A stretch of 63,812 nt of DNA, filler included, from Welwitschia mirabilis (taxonomy: Eukaryota), in the NCBI GenBank assembly GCA_051453625.1. It is 3 parts of one record of this genome, joined end to end, with 100 filler letters (N's around TTAATTAATTAA, not from the genome) between each part and the next. Parts side by side here need not be neighbours in the genome. Positions count along the whole stretch, not along the records: positions 1 to 16,083 come from JBOZIK010000001.1; positions 16,184 to 34,464 come from JBOZIK010000001.1; 1 more part is not named here. The stretch is one strand, 5' to 3'. Made by a program: the position numbers and the translations under genes. Each line of letters opens with the position of its first letter. The first letter of the stretch is position 1. The notes below the pieces were generated by a model. It had not been told where the DNA came from, did not search any database, and saw nothing but the letters and a program-made list of their open reading frames with translations. Below, piece by piece: positions 13,611 through 25,899 of the stretch.

Positions 13611-16083
13611 TGTAGTATGTTTTGCTATCAACTTACATGTATTTGATAGGATATTTTGAGTTTTTTTGCAGGTGAATTAATAGATAAATGCTTAATTCTT
13701 ATGATAATCGAGAATTGAGATGAAGAGAATAAAAACATCCAGTTTCTAGATAAATTATAAGCATTTCATGTAGATATAGATAAATGTTATTTTGAATAAT
13801 AATTCTTGAAAAAAATTGAGTGATTAAATTGATTGAAAGTTAGCAAAAGCCCATCGTTCACCTCATTGTCTAGACGTCAGTAGTGAATGACATCTTCAAC
13901 TGGTTGATAATAAGTTCACATGCAGATCATAAGTAGTTAGACTAGGAGCTAAATAGATATATAATTATCAACCTTTATCATCTCTTATATTGTCCAGATG
14001 ACCAGAAGTATGATACCATTCTTTTAAACTTTTACCAAATGTTTTCTCAAGTTATTGCCACTTCTTTATGACTTTACTTTGCATATTAGTTAGGGTTTCT
14101 CCTCTACTTTTCTATTAGTTTTTCTTTCTTTTCTATCTATAAATAAAGGGGCCCCCCTTGATTCCTAATCATCTTTGATAGTACCTGATATACTCATGAT
14201 AGGAGATCTTGGGACTAGAAAACCATCTTGTAATCCTCTATTGAGGAATGAATACTTTGTGATATAGATGTCTTTTATGATTTTTAATATGAATTATCCT
14301 TTTTGTTCAATATATAAAGGAATATCTCCATCATAGTTTATATTTAAGATTTGTGACAGGTTTCTTCTGTTATATAGATTATAAGGGCAGCCTTTATCAA
14401 GGTTGAGCTTAATTAGATTAGGTGCATTGTTATTTCTTTTTATAGATTAATTTTACATCGCTATTTCAATTCCATGCATTGTGTTTTATTTTAATAGATT
14501 AAAGTTACATATTTCTATCTCTAAATCAACTCTATTATTTCCATACTATTGGCCTTTGATGGAATTATGACATTCGGTTTACTCTCGACTATACTAGCAT
14601 GTTGTGTTTATGCATCTTATTTATAATTAACAGGATTTAGATCAAGATGTAAAACATTGCATAAATTTGCACCACAACAAATTGGATCCATTTCTAGGGA
14701 AGGCTTCTTGGAAATAGAGAGTTGTTATTGCTGTAGTGGATATTCTAANNNNNNNNNNTATACCAGTACTCTGTAAGTTTTTTGTTTTAAGTTTTTATTT
14801 GTTACTAACCTCTGATGTCCTCTTCATCATCCAGACGTTAAAGTCGAATGACTATTCCTTTTTTGCTTTTCCTCTTTTCTATGGTTGTTTATATTTCTAT
14901 CGTCTAGGTTATCATCTGGATGACGTACAGGACGACACTTCAGATCTAAGAATAAATCATAAAAATTGAAAAAGGTGAAAAATACCAAAGAGAGAAATAA
15001 TTCATTACAGAAAATATCAAAGAAGGTTTGCTAAATTTTGAAATAGAAAATCAAAAAAGCCTAGGTATATAAACTTTAAAATTTCCTGAAATTTCTGATT
15101 TTAATTCTGCAAAAGAGTCTAAATCNNNNNNNNNNNNNNNNNNNNNNNNNNNNNNNNNNNNNNNNNNNNNNNNNNNNNNNNNNNNNNNNNNNNNNNNNNN
15201 NNNNNNNNNNNNNNNNNNNNNNNNNNNNNNNNNNNNNNNNNNNNNNNNNNNNNNNNNNNNNNNNNNNNNNNNNNNNNNNNNNNNNNNNNNNNNNNNNNNN
15301 NNNNNNNNNNNNNNNNNNNNNNNNNNNNNNNNNNNNNNNNNNNNNNNNNNNNNNNNNNNNNNNNNNNNNNNNNNNNNNNNNNNNNNNNNNNNNNNNNNNN
15401 NNNNNNNNNGAAGCGGTGTATTAGTACCTTCTGTAAGTTTCTATTTCAATTTTTATTTTTACTAACCTCTGATGTCCCCTTCATCATCCAAATATCACAG
15501 TTAGACGACTGTCCCAATTTCTGCTTTCCCTCTTTCTGTGGTTATCTGTGTTTTCTATGTCTGTCATTCAGGTTATCGTCCGGACGATGTACAGGATGAT
15601 ACCTTCTAAGATCTGAGACTGAATGGTGAAAATAAGAAAAGGCAAAAAATATCAAAGAGAAAAATAGTTCATTGCAGAAAATATTAGAGAAGGTTTGCTA
15701 AATTTTGAATTTGAAAATCAAAACATCCTAAGTACACAAGATTTAGAATATTCTGAAATTTCTGATTTTAATTCTATAGAAGAGTCTGATTTTAATTTTG
15801 AAAAATCTAATACCATGTCGATGTATCACCAAAAACAACCTATCTCACCAAATCCATCCCCTGTCATTGGAACCATTACTTCTACTCCTCGTTTGACTCT
15901 GAGAGATCTCATAGCGAATAAAAGACTTAAAATCCAAAACCTTTTCGACTTATCTCCTGATAATGATGTAGAACTAAAAAACCTAAATGCTTACTCTACC
16001 TTTTGAGGAGAACCTGATGAAGGCCCCCTACAACACATCGCTAACACTGAACAACTCATTCTTACTTTTGAAAATGGTAAAAA
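13611..16083 (+). mobile_element. Family A copy 2: 5' LTR (~13611-14679), PBS (14683-14700), 5' UTR and gag start
   Basis: LTR ends GCACCACAACA followed by TGGATCCATTTCTAGGGA. gag reads LTLRDLIANKRLKIQNLFDLSPDNDVELKNLNAYSTF and is cut by a gap. Confidence 0.8.
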
Positions 16084-16183
16084 NNNNNNNNNNNNNNNNN
16101 NNNNNNNNNNNNNNNNNNNNNNNNNNNTTAATTAATTAANNNNNNNNNNNNNNNNNNNNNNNNNNNNNNNNNNNNNNNNNNNN

Positions 16184-19100
16184 TTAATGATTTTGACCTA
16201 TTGATAAGAATATTGGATCATGATGATTGTATTGTCTATTTAACGATTATTAATGAACACTTGGCTTCCTATTTTTATACCTAAAACTCTAGTCCTTTTG
16301 AGCATTTCCTATAAAACATTCATGAAAAATAGAAAGTAATAGGGGAATATAAGATCATCCCACCTTAATTTGCATTTTACTAATAAGAATTCAAAACTTT
16401 TATTGTTAACTCTATACTAAATTCGGCTAAAGATTGCATGTCCATCCAAAGATCAGTGATATTAGAGTTAAAGCTGATTTTCCTTAAGATAGTACCTAAG
16501 GCTTTCTAGCTCATATAATCATAGGCTTTTGTTATATCTATTTTAGTAAGAAGTAAAGAAAATTTATTTTTCTTAATACAATGAATAATTTTATGATTAA
16601 AATAGTTTGGTCCTGGATTTACCTAGATTGAATAAAGCTAGCTTACTTTCCAGAGATCACCTTAAGGAGAAGGGAATACTTTATAAAGAACATTGCAAAT
16701 ACCTAATGGTTTATAATCCTCTAGTTTGTTGGCTTCTCATTTATTTAGAATGAGAACTAACTGGGTCTTATTTATCTCTATTAGAATGTCCTTATTAGTG
16801 AATATGTCCTACATAACATCAAAAATTTTATCCTTCATAAGGAAAAAATGAGTCTCGAACAATTATATCATCCACCTAGCTCACCTAGGGGCTTTATTAT
16901 TATTCATTAATTGAATCACTACTTGCACTTCTTACCTACCTATTGGTTTATTTAGGCTTACGTTATTCTCATTATAAATTTTCTTATCTACTTGAATTAG
17001 CTCAGGGGTGATATCCTCCCAGTTTCATATGTTCTTAAGATAGATCTATAGTTCTACAGTAATGGCCTCTTCATCTTCAATTACTTGTTCTTTAATTATG
17101 AGTTTCCTAATTTTTTTTCTATTTTGTGTTGATTATCCTTTTGTAAAAATAATTTGGTATGCTTATCCCCTTCTCTTAGCCACTTAATTTTGGATCTCTT
17201 CCTATGGTAGTGGTCTTCATCAAAGTTTATTTTATGTAATTCTTAGAGGCATCTATACTTTTTGATCTAGAGATTGTCCTAGTCTCCTCCCTATGTTTAC
17301 TCTATTTGAATCTCTTATAACTCTTGCTCTAACTCTTTCTTATACTTAAACCTTTTTTTATCCTTCCATGTTTATCTCTTAAGATGAATTTTCAGAGTGT
17401 TTAAGTCCCTATATAAAAAGGTAACTAGTAAAGTACCATCATATTAATTTCAAATATTTTCAATTATCCTCCTTATTTATTCCCTTAGAAGTCAATATCT
17501 CTCCATCACAAAGGGAGATCTAGGGGGCATTACTATATTAATTCCACATTTGATTAATCTATGATCTAAGGCTATTCTATTTAATCCCCATACCTTGATA
17601 GTCATCTTGGTTATTTATTTTCTAGTTAAGGTTCTATTAATTTTAGACATGATTTGGTTACCTCTAGTTCTTCTATTAGACTATGTAAACATGCATCTTA
17701 TGATTGAAATATCTAAAAGATTATCTTATACCATGAAATCTCTAAGAATCTTAGATTCCTTGCTATTCTAGTTTTCACCCCCATTTTTTGTCATTTGTGA
17801 AGGAATTGGTTAAAATTCCCCATAACTATTCATTTATCTTTATTCATGACTAGGATTTATAGTTCCTTTATCATTAATGCTTTGTCTATGTTATTCTATG
17901 GATTGTACACATTTGTAATGGTTTAGCCTTCTACTTTGAGGTAGATTATTATATGGTATTTACTATTGGAGATTAATTCTACCTTCTTTTTCATGAATAT
18001 CATGATTTTCCTTGAGTTTCCATGTTCTACTAAGGTAAATTTGTTCCATTACTACTAGAAATTACCTAATCTCATATTTTTATGCATCTTCATCTTTTGT
18101 AAATAGATTAAATTTATATTATACTTAATAGTTAGATCTATTAGAATCTTCTTTTTATAGGGAGGCCCAAAATCCTATAGTTCTAGAAGAGGTACTCCAT
18201 TAGGTCAATTTTTCCCCTTTTTGAATTCCCCTCGATCTTTTTTCAAAGTATCTTCAATTATTTCCTAAAATATATTTGCCACATTTTTTGATGCTTCCTT
18301 GTCTCTCAACACTCTATTGTTGGACCTGCTTTTTATGTGGGTTTTGACATTGTTTGACTGATATTTATTTACTTATTTATTCAATTAGGACATGTCCTCC
18401 TCCTTTTCTAATAGGTGCTAGAATGAATTGTACTCATATTGTTTTAATTCTTTCTTCTTCTTANNNNNNNNNNTTTCTATTTATTCCAGTAATTACTTTG
18501 ATTTTGTTCTAATTTTCCAGAAAAAGAGCAAATTTCTTTCTTCTTATCCTTATTTCCTATTTGTCTCTTCCTATATTCATCTCTTTTATGAACTTTTTTC
18601 CTACAATCTATGCATTTTTTCTATGATCTAACAAATTTCCTTGGTATGTTTCCAGTCTTTTCACAAGTCTCACATGTTATCAGGAGGTTCTTGTAAGTGA
18701 TGTTCAAGTTATACTTCCCCTACTTGAATTAAAATTTGATAAATTAGATCTTCTTTGTCTCTTCAAGGCTAATCTAGATACAAAATCTTAACAAAACCAA
18801 TCTAGTTTATTTAATGGTAATTCTATCTAGTTTAATTAGTTCTCAAATTGAGAGGTAATTATTTTTAGAGGATTCTTATTTTAAAACTCAAGAGGGAACC
18901 TATGTATTTGAATTTAGATTAGTAATTTCTTAAATAGATATGGGTTTGCTTACATTATTGAAGTCCATTTAGCTATACCTAGTACTCTTGTTTCAAAGAA
19001 CCATGGACCTCTAGTAATAACTTTGCCTCTAGCCTATTCATTATTAAGATATAAAAGTATCAAGCCTTCTAACATGGTAATAACCTACACTTTACTAACT

Positions 19101-19475
19101 CTTGTTCACTTTGTGGCTACCCATTCCTTGATGAGATCTAGCCTAATCCTAAGACCTAGTAAAACAAACGTATTTATCAAGTTATATTGACATATTNNNN
19201 NNNNNNTAGGAATTTTTGTCTATATCTAAAATGAGGGTTTTTCTATCCTTGGAGAACTGAATCTTTTCCATTTCGAATGGTAAAAAAACCTATCTTAAAA
19301 ACTAACTTGCATCAACTTTAGAATAAGAACAATACTACAACTAACCTTTTTGAGTATTTGAAAACTTGACCAAAACTACCCCCCATGCACTATGATTCCC
19401 CTAGATCAAGACTATTTCTACTGATCTTAGCACTTTCAAAATCCTAGCTCTTACATCTATAGCCTCTCAAACCTT
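16184..19475 (-). mobile_element. Plant L1 LINE copy 1 (ORF1 ~19271-18200, ORF2 EN-RT from 18200, truncated at gap)
   Basis: ORF1 has the GPWF motif and a zinc-knuckle region. ORF2 begins MEYLF*NYRILG (WNCRG-type). RT motifs include KVISGK*ASFIQSR and KIDITKAYD. Confidence 0.85.
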
Positions 19476-20119
19476 CAAAGAATCCTTTGATGTTCTACCT
19501 TTATCCTTAATATATCCAATATTAATGTAGTTTCTACCCTTAGCATTTAATAAGTCTTTTGCATCTTAACTTTTTTGTTTTCCATGATACAAGATAATTT
19601 CTCATGTGGAAGCATAAACCACTTATGCATGTTTTATCATCAATGCCATAAAATCAATATACATCATTATATATAACTAGATCAAGTGTAATATCATATT
19701 AGAACCATAAACCATAATCCATTGTATGATCTAAGTATTAAAAGATTTCTTTAATGCACATAAAATGAGATTCTTTAGAATTACACTGACACCTTACAAA
19801 TATGCCTACATTGAATCTATTGTAATTATTATTTAAATTTATATTTTATTCTAAGTTAAGAACATCAAAATATAATATTATTTACTTGAATTTTTAATTA
19901 TAATTATTGATGTTAAGTGGTCANNNNNNNNNNNNNNNNNNNNNNNNNNNNNNNNNNNNNNNNNNNNNNNNNNNNNNNNNNNNNNNNNNNNNNNNNNNNN
20001 NNNNNNNNNNNNNNNNNNNNNNNNNAAAAAATAATTAAAAGAGAAAGAGAAACATAGAAAGAGAAAGAGGGGGGGGGGGGGAGGGGGTGGGGGGGGAGAG
20101 AGAGAGAAAGAGAGAGGAA

Positions 20120-20191
20120 AAACATCTACGGACATGTTTTCCTATAGATGTAAAAACCCTTAAAAAATAAAAACCATTTTTTATTCTAGTG
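20120..20191. mobile_element. Possible CACTA terminus
   Basis: Reverse complement reads CACTAGAATAAAAAATGG, with a nearby inverted pair ACATCTAC/ATAGATGT. No partner end is visible. Confidence 0.3.
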
Positions 20192-20394
20192 TAGTATAAG
20201 CAAAAACAATATACTCTCTTCTAGAATGTATGTAGCCACTACAACATTCTACTATTTATTATAACAAGCTTCCAAATGATATTTTTATATTTCCATATTT
20301 ATGTCCCAAGTTATTTTAAAACATTATTTTTTAATCTTCTAAGATTATAATTAAAAAAATGTTATGTAAAAGATTTAAACCTATGTATAGTTAG

Positions 20395-21840
20395 TGAGCA
20401 AGGGGCTAGAGTTGCAGGAGCTACAGTTTTGAAAGTGTCAAGGTTAATAATGGCAATTTTGATTCAAGAAAGCTATAACACATAAGAAGGTGGTATCAGT
20501 TAGGTTTAAAGTGATTAAGAAGGTTAGTTACAATATTGATCTTACTTTAAAGTTGATTTGAAGTGGCTTTTTAAGGTAGAGATTTAACCCTTTATATGGA
20601 GAACACATAGTTCTCCAAGGAAGAGAAAAAAACCATTACTTTGGACATAGATGAAGATGCATGTTTTAAAAGAGATAAAATATTTCAATATAGCTTGATA
20701 AGTAGTTATATTTGGTCAAGGTCTAGGCCTAGATTTAATTTCATTAGGAAATGGGTAACCACCAAATAGACAAAGATCAATAAAGTATAAGTTATTACCA
20801 TGCTAGAAGTCTTATACTCTTTTAGCTTGATATTGAATAGGATAAAGATGAAATTATTACTAGAAGACCATGGTTCTTTAGAACTAGATGATTAGCTTTA
20901 GCTAAATGAACATTGGAGCACAAGTATACTTAAGAGCATAAGTGTACTTGCACTTGCTTAAGAAATTATCCATCTAGATTCAAATACATAGATTCCTCCT
21001 AGAGTTCAAGGAGAAAGATCTTCTAAATAGAATCACTTCTTAGTTTGTAGAATTGATTAACTAGATAGAATTATCATAAATAAATTATATTGGTCATGGA
21101 AAGATTTTACACTTGGATTATCCTTAAAGAGACAAAAAAGACTAATTTGTCAAGTTTAGGTCCAAATGGGGAATGTATGATTTAGAAGTCACTTTTAAAA
21201 ACCTCCCAATAGCATGTATGTCATGTTGAAAGACTATACACATGCTAGGAAATTATACTAAAGCAAAAAAAATAATGCACACATTATGAAAAAAAAAAAA
21301 TTCATGAAAGGGATGAATGTAGGAAGATATAATTCAAGATTGAGGACAAGAAGAAAGAAACTTGCTTCTTTTGTGAAAAATTAGAACACAACCCTAGCAA
21401 ATATTAGCATAAACAAAAAAATGGAGAAAAAGGCCAAGAACACAATAATATATTCAAAGGAAAATAAGGATAAGCATAATTATTTTCAACATCTATTCAA
21501 AGAGGAGGAAGACATTTCATAATCTAAGAAACAAGTAAATAAAGATGAGTCAAACAATGTTGAAAACACCATAAAAGGTAGTCCTAGCAATAAAGTACTA
21601 TGAGATAGGAAAATGACATAAAATGCATCAAATAGTTCTCAGATAACAATCAAAAATACTTTGAAAAAAGTTAAAAGGGCATTCAAAAAGAAGAGAAAAC
21701 ATACCTAATGTAGTGCCTCTCTTAGAACTATAGGGGCTTAGGAGTTTCCTTAAAAAAATGACTCTAAAATATTTCATTAGCAAATATAACATTAATTTAT
21801 TCTATTTACAAGAGATAAAGATGCATGACAACATGAGATT
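20395..21840 (+). mobile_element. L1 copy 2, 5' part (ORF1 from ~20596; ORF2 ATG at 21708)
   Basis: Collinear homology with the reverse complement of 18080-19475. Confidence 0.85.
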
Positions 21841-22550
21841 TAAGAAAGAAGAGATCTACAGGATTAAGACTCATTTTTTCAAATGGATTTTGATCCAAAT
21901 GTATTTGCCATGTTTCTTTTACTTGGGTATGGTAAAAAGACTTTAGGGATGCACTTTTCAATATTTTTCTAAATTTATTGCTATATAGATATGACCAAAT
22001 TATATCTGTTTGGTAAGATATTAGGCAAAATTTTAATATCTTATAGGTACTTTCTCATGCATTATGGTTCATTCTACAATCCAATTTACAATGGATTTGG
22101 TGAAGGATTTAAATTTCACTTCAATTTTCAATATTTCTTTTGGATGAATTTGTCTCTTTATTGGTATCTTTTAGGGAGCTCATGTTCACCAAATTTCTTA
22201 AAGAAAGGTTATCGATATGGAAACTTTTGTGGTTAGCTAGCAAGGATGGGGATTCTTAGATCGTTATTTCATGGTTCATCCTTGTGTTTTTCCTTTTTCC
22301 ATATTTTTTCATTATTTTCTTCAACTAGGTTTCTTTACTGATATAGTTCAATTGTGTTAAGTTCATATTTTATCTAGATTTAAATTTGATAGTACAATGG
22401 TAGGCACTTAGGAAAAAAGTAAAAAAATTCATTAAGGAACTAAAAAGTTGGAAGTGGAGGGATTTGAAGAAGGTGGATTTATCAAAGAATTTCTCAAAAA
22501 AAATTGTTAGACTAGAATGGTTTGAATGTTTTAATTTTGTAAAATAAGAG

Positions 22551-22970
22551 TTGTTAGAGTTAATCAAAAAAATCTTCAAAAGAAGTACTAGTACTGGTCC
22601 TCATTTGGCTGCTATTGATACTTCTAATAGCTGTGAGTACCTAGAGGATTTTGATACTTTTAATATCTNNNNNNNNNNNNNNNNNNNNNNNNNNNNNNNN
22701 NNNNNNNNNNNNNNNNNNNNNNNNNNNNNNNNNNNNNNNNNNNNNNNNNNNNNNNNNNNNNNNNNNNNTCAACTAACATGGTTTGAACAGTCTGATTTGA
22801 TAACATAGGAGTTATTAGAGTTGGTCAAATAAATCTTCAAAAGAAGTACTAGTACTAGTTCTTATTTAGTTACTATTGATACTTCTATTAGCTATGAGTA
22901 CCTAGAGGATTTTGATACTTCTAATAGCTATGAAGACCCAAAGGATTTTAAAATGATTACCTAGAGGATT
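22551..22970. repeat. Diverged local duplication plus ~36-bp tandem units (TTGATACTTCTAATAGCTATGAGTACCTAGAGGATT)
   Basis: 22551-22660 is repeated at ~22811-22925 with mismatches, and the short unit recurs to ~22970. Confidence 0.7.
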
Positions 22971-24171
22971 TTTTTAGAAAACCTAATTAGGTAAAAATGA
23001 CTCTTCCCTTCTCCTATTACTAATTTCTATTCATTAGCAGATTTTTATTCTAATTCTTCTACTCTAATAAAAAGGGCAAAATGTTTATGTATGATTCTTA
23101 TTAGATTACTATAGTGTTTAAGATGGAGAAAAATTTTTTGGACACATTTAGAGACTTTTTAATATTAAAAAAAGTTGACTTTTTAGTATACCTTAAGATA
23201 TTTGAAGAAAATTGTTTACTTTTTATCAAGTTCCTTAGAATGGTTTTGGTTGCTAAGGATTAAACAAACTTATTTATTTTTACTAATGAGTTAAAAGAAG
23301 AATCTATGTGCATTTGATTGAATTAAGTCTCACCCACCACAGTGTATCACCAAAGATTACAGTGCTTGCAACCCCATTGCTAGTAGGGGGAGCTACCTCT
23401 ATTCAGTTTGCTTTACTTACTCAAAGGTATTCACTTCACTTGCTGAGGGGTGAATATATATCTTACAAGACCCACTACATACTAACATCTAGAAATGGAA
23501 CAATTTATTATGACAAGTAAGTAACAAGTGTATGTAATCTAGATCTAAGACTACTTAATTGGTATTTAGCGTAGAGTAGTTTGGTACCAACGTATCTATT
23601 TTCATTATGTAACAAATGCTTCATATGCATATAGAGCCCCATTTCATGAGTATGTGAGGTCAAAGAATATCCATGAACAAGGGAAAAGTAATAGTTGATT
23701 CCATTGTTTCAAAGTTTGATGCATTTATAAGTGGTGAACCATTCTCCTCTATTTTCAATCAGAAGGAGGTGGTGTTAAATTATATGCTAAGATGAGACAG
23801 TTGAGATTACTTGGTTAAGAAACAATTAATAAAGATAACTGCATACCTTTTATTTGGTTGATCATTACCATACATCTTATGTTTTGGTATGTAACCCACT
23901 TAAGCTTTTGTACCTTCTATAGTAGCACATTGCAACTACTTCCTACTCCTTTATACAACATAAGTGCATCATCTTCCTATGGAAACAATCATCCATTTAA
24001 TCAGTAATGGAAGAACGAGTGTGTCAACAATGCACGAAGCCAAGGAGATGATGAAACATAGAAGCATAAGTGTACTAGCAATGCACAAAGCCAAAATAGG
24101 GTTTTGCCAAAATATCAAGATTTTTATTATATACAAAGTAACATAAATAAACTAAAAATGAACATCAGTTT

Positions 24172-24294
24172 AAAAAATATGTATCATATTTGTATCATAT
24201 TTGTAATGTAATGGTCATCAGTTTAATCTCGATAGCTAAAAAATATGTATCATATTTGTAATGTAATGGTCATCAGTTTAATCTCGATAGCTAA
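24172..24294. repeat. ~55-bp tandem duplication with an internal 11-bp stutter
   Basis: TGTATCATATTTGTAATGTAATGGTCATCAGTTTAATCTCGATAGCTAA occurs twice, identical. Confidence 0.9.
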
Positions 24295-24719
24295 CCCTGA
24301 TTTTTAGGTCCATTTTTGATGATTGAATCTTTTGTGGGATAATTTTTAATTTATTTATCTATCTATTATATGTTGCTTTATTAGCTAGTAATGAAACCTT
24401 ACTAGCTACCTAAAATTTTTGATCACCTTATCTAAAACCCATATGTGTGTTTGCATTTTTCTTTATAATTAATTTGTTTAGAAATAAATGTATCCATACT
24501 TTTATATCTTGTTAATCAATATGACTAATTGTTTTATGTCCTACTTCTATTTGTCTAGACATAACCCAAGTTGGTTTAAGTTATTAATTAGAAAATTTAC
24601 TAAAAATAATACAATTGTTGTAAGAACATACTCCTTTCAATCTTTCTTTGTTTTGTTTGTGAAATTTTGTTTTTTTGGGGGGTATAGTTGATTAATCTGA
24701 TAAATTAAATTAGAACCAA

Positions 24720-25308
24720 GAATTACCATCCAAAAACTATCCCTAAAATATCTCACTTTTCATGCATCATCAACATGCATTAGGTAAAAATCTTTTATTT
24801 TAGTAATTAAGTTCTTTCTTACTAGAACTAAAATACCAAATTAGTACATTGAATTTTTTTACACATGAGTTTTTGAGTTCTTAGACCTTTTTGAATTTTT
24901 ACTGATTAGAAAAACCTTTTCCATATTAAAAACTAAAAAGCTTTTAACTTCTAATTAGTAAAGAAAATCCTTCAATATTTTTTTATGAGGAATAAAAACT
25001 TGTTCATCTAGATTTATTTATTTCTTCAAGCTTTTTAGCTTTTTCTATAGATTTCCTTAACCAGAAGAATTTATCAAACTTAAACAAAATTATAATCTCT
25101 TTAGTTAACTTTTTATTTATTATAATTCAACTAGTCTGATCTTTCCAAAGTAATCTTTTTAAAAAACAAGATTAAAACTCTTTTTCAAAAATGACATGCT
25201 ATTTTTTCCTTTTGAATTTATAGGATCAGTTGTAGCCTTTTAAACATTACCAGTGGATTAATCAAAAATTTTCACTACATTCCAAAGTGTAAAACATTTT
25301 ATTCATAC
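24720..25308 (-). other. Plastid trnK group II intron, 5' portion (NUPT)
   Basis: Starts GTATGA (from GTGCGA) directly after the exon. Recognisable intron blocks are ACAACTGATCCT..GGAAAAAATAGCATGTC and CTAATTAGAAGTTAAAA..GGAAAAGGTTTTTC. The left limit is approximate. Confidence 0.75.
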
Positions 25309-25345
25309 TTAAAAGCCAAGTACTCTACCATTAAGTTAGCAACCC
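25309..25345 (-). tRNA. trnK: Plastid trnK-UUU exon 1 (nuclear pseudocopy)
   Basis: GGGTTGCTAACTTAATGGTAGAGTACTTGGCTTTTAA (37 nt) versus plastid GGGTTGCTAACTCAATGGTAGAGTACTCGGCTTTTAA. Confidence 0.92.
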
Positions 25346-25600
25346 TTTATTTCTAAAAAATATAAAAGTAATAAAAAGAAAGAAAACAAAGTTTTCAAAA
25401 GATTCTATTCTATTTCTTGACTATTCTATTTGTTTAGTACTTTATTTTCTTTCTTTTAACTCAAGTATAGTTTAATTAGTTGTATTTGAGTTATACAATA
25501 AAGATAATAGCACCTAATATTTTTTTGTTAATTATTTAATAGACTATTAAATTTTTTATCTTTATAGATACAAGGTTCTTCTATACAAAAAACTACATGT

Positions 25601-25635
25601 GGCAGATGTTAGTAGTTTGAGTTTGCTTATCTCCA
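25601..25635 (+). tRNA. trnA: Plastid trnA-UGC exon 2 (nuclear pseudocopy)
   Basis: GGCAGATGTTAGTAGTTTGAGTTTGCTTATCTCCA versus GGCGGATGTCAGCGGTTCGAGTCCGCTTATCTCCA. It is followed by the rrn23 start, as in plastomes. Confidence 0.88.
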
Positions 25636-25779
25636 GCTTGTGATCCTATTCAATACAGAATAGTATGAAATTCTTTAGACCTAGGATCTAGGATTTTTTA
25701 TGGATGTTAATAAGATTTGGGATATTTCTTTAGGATAGGAGTATCTTAGTTCCACTAACTAAGTAAATAAATGATGAGG

Positions 25780-25895
25780 TTCAAACAAAGAAGCACTTAT
25801 GGTGGATACATCTAGAGATAAGGAAGGGCATGATCAATGATAAAAGACTTCAGGGATTTGTAATTAGCATAAATCCAGAGATTTCCAAATAGGTT
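25780..25895 (+). rRNA. rrn23: Plastid 23S rRNA 5' fragment (NUPT)
   Basis: TTCAAAC..CTTATGGTGGATAC..AGAGATAAGGAAGGGC..GCATAAATCCAGAGATTTCCAAATAGG matches the start of plastid rrn23, with deamination and a small deletion. Confidence 0.88.
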
Positions 25896-25899
25896 ATAG

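Noticed and set aside
16128-16139. TTAATTAATTAA palindrome flanked by Ns (also 34509-34520)
   Set aside because: An artificial six-frame-stop contig spacer, not biology. Adjacency across these joins is unreliable.
22330-22440. FLSAYHCTIKFKSR..NYISKE resembling a caulimovirid/gypsy RNase H C-terminus
   Set aside because: Too short, and no upstream RT/RH motifs support it.
23566-23590. tRNA-fMet-like 5' stretch GCGTAGAGTAGTTTGGTA
   Set aside because: No anticodon or T arm follows.
24300-24720. Expected matK downstream of the trnK intron 5' part
   Set aside because: No matK motifs were recognised. The plastid fragment seems to end before it.
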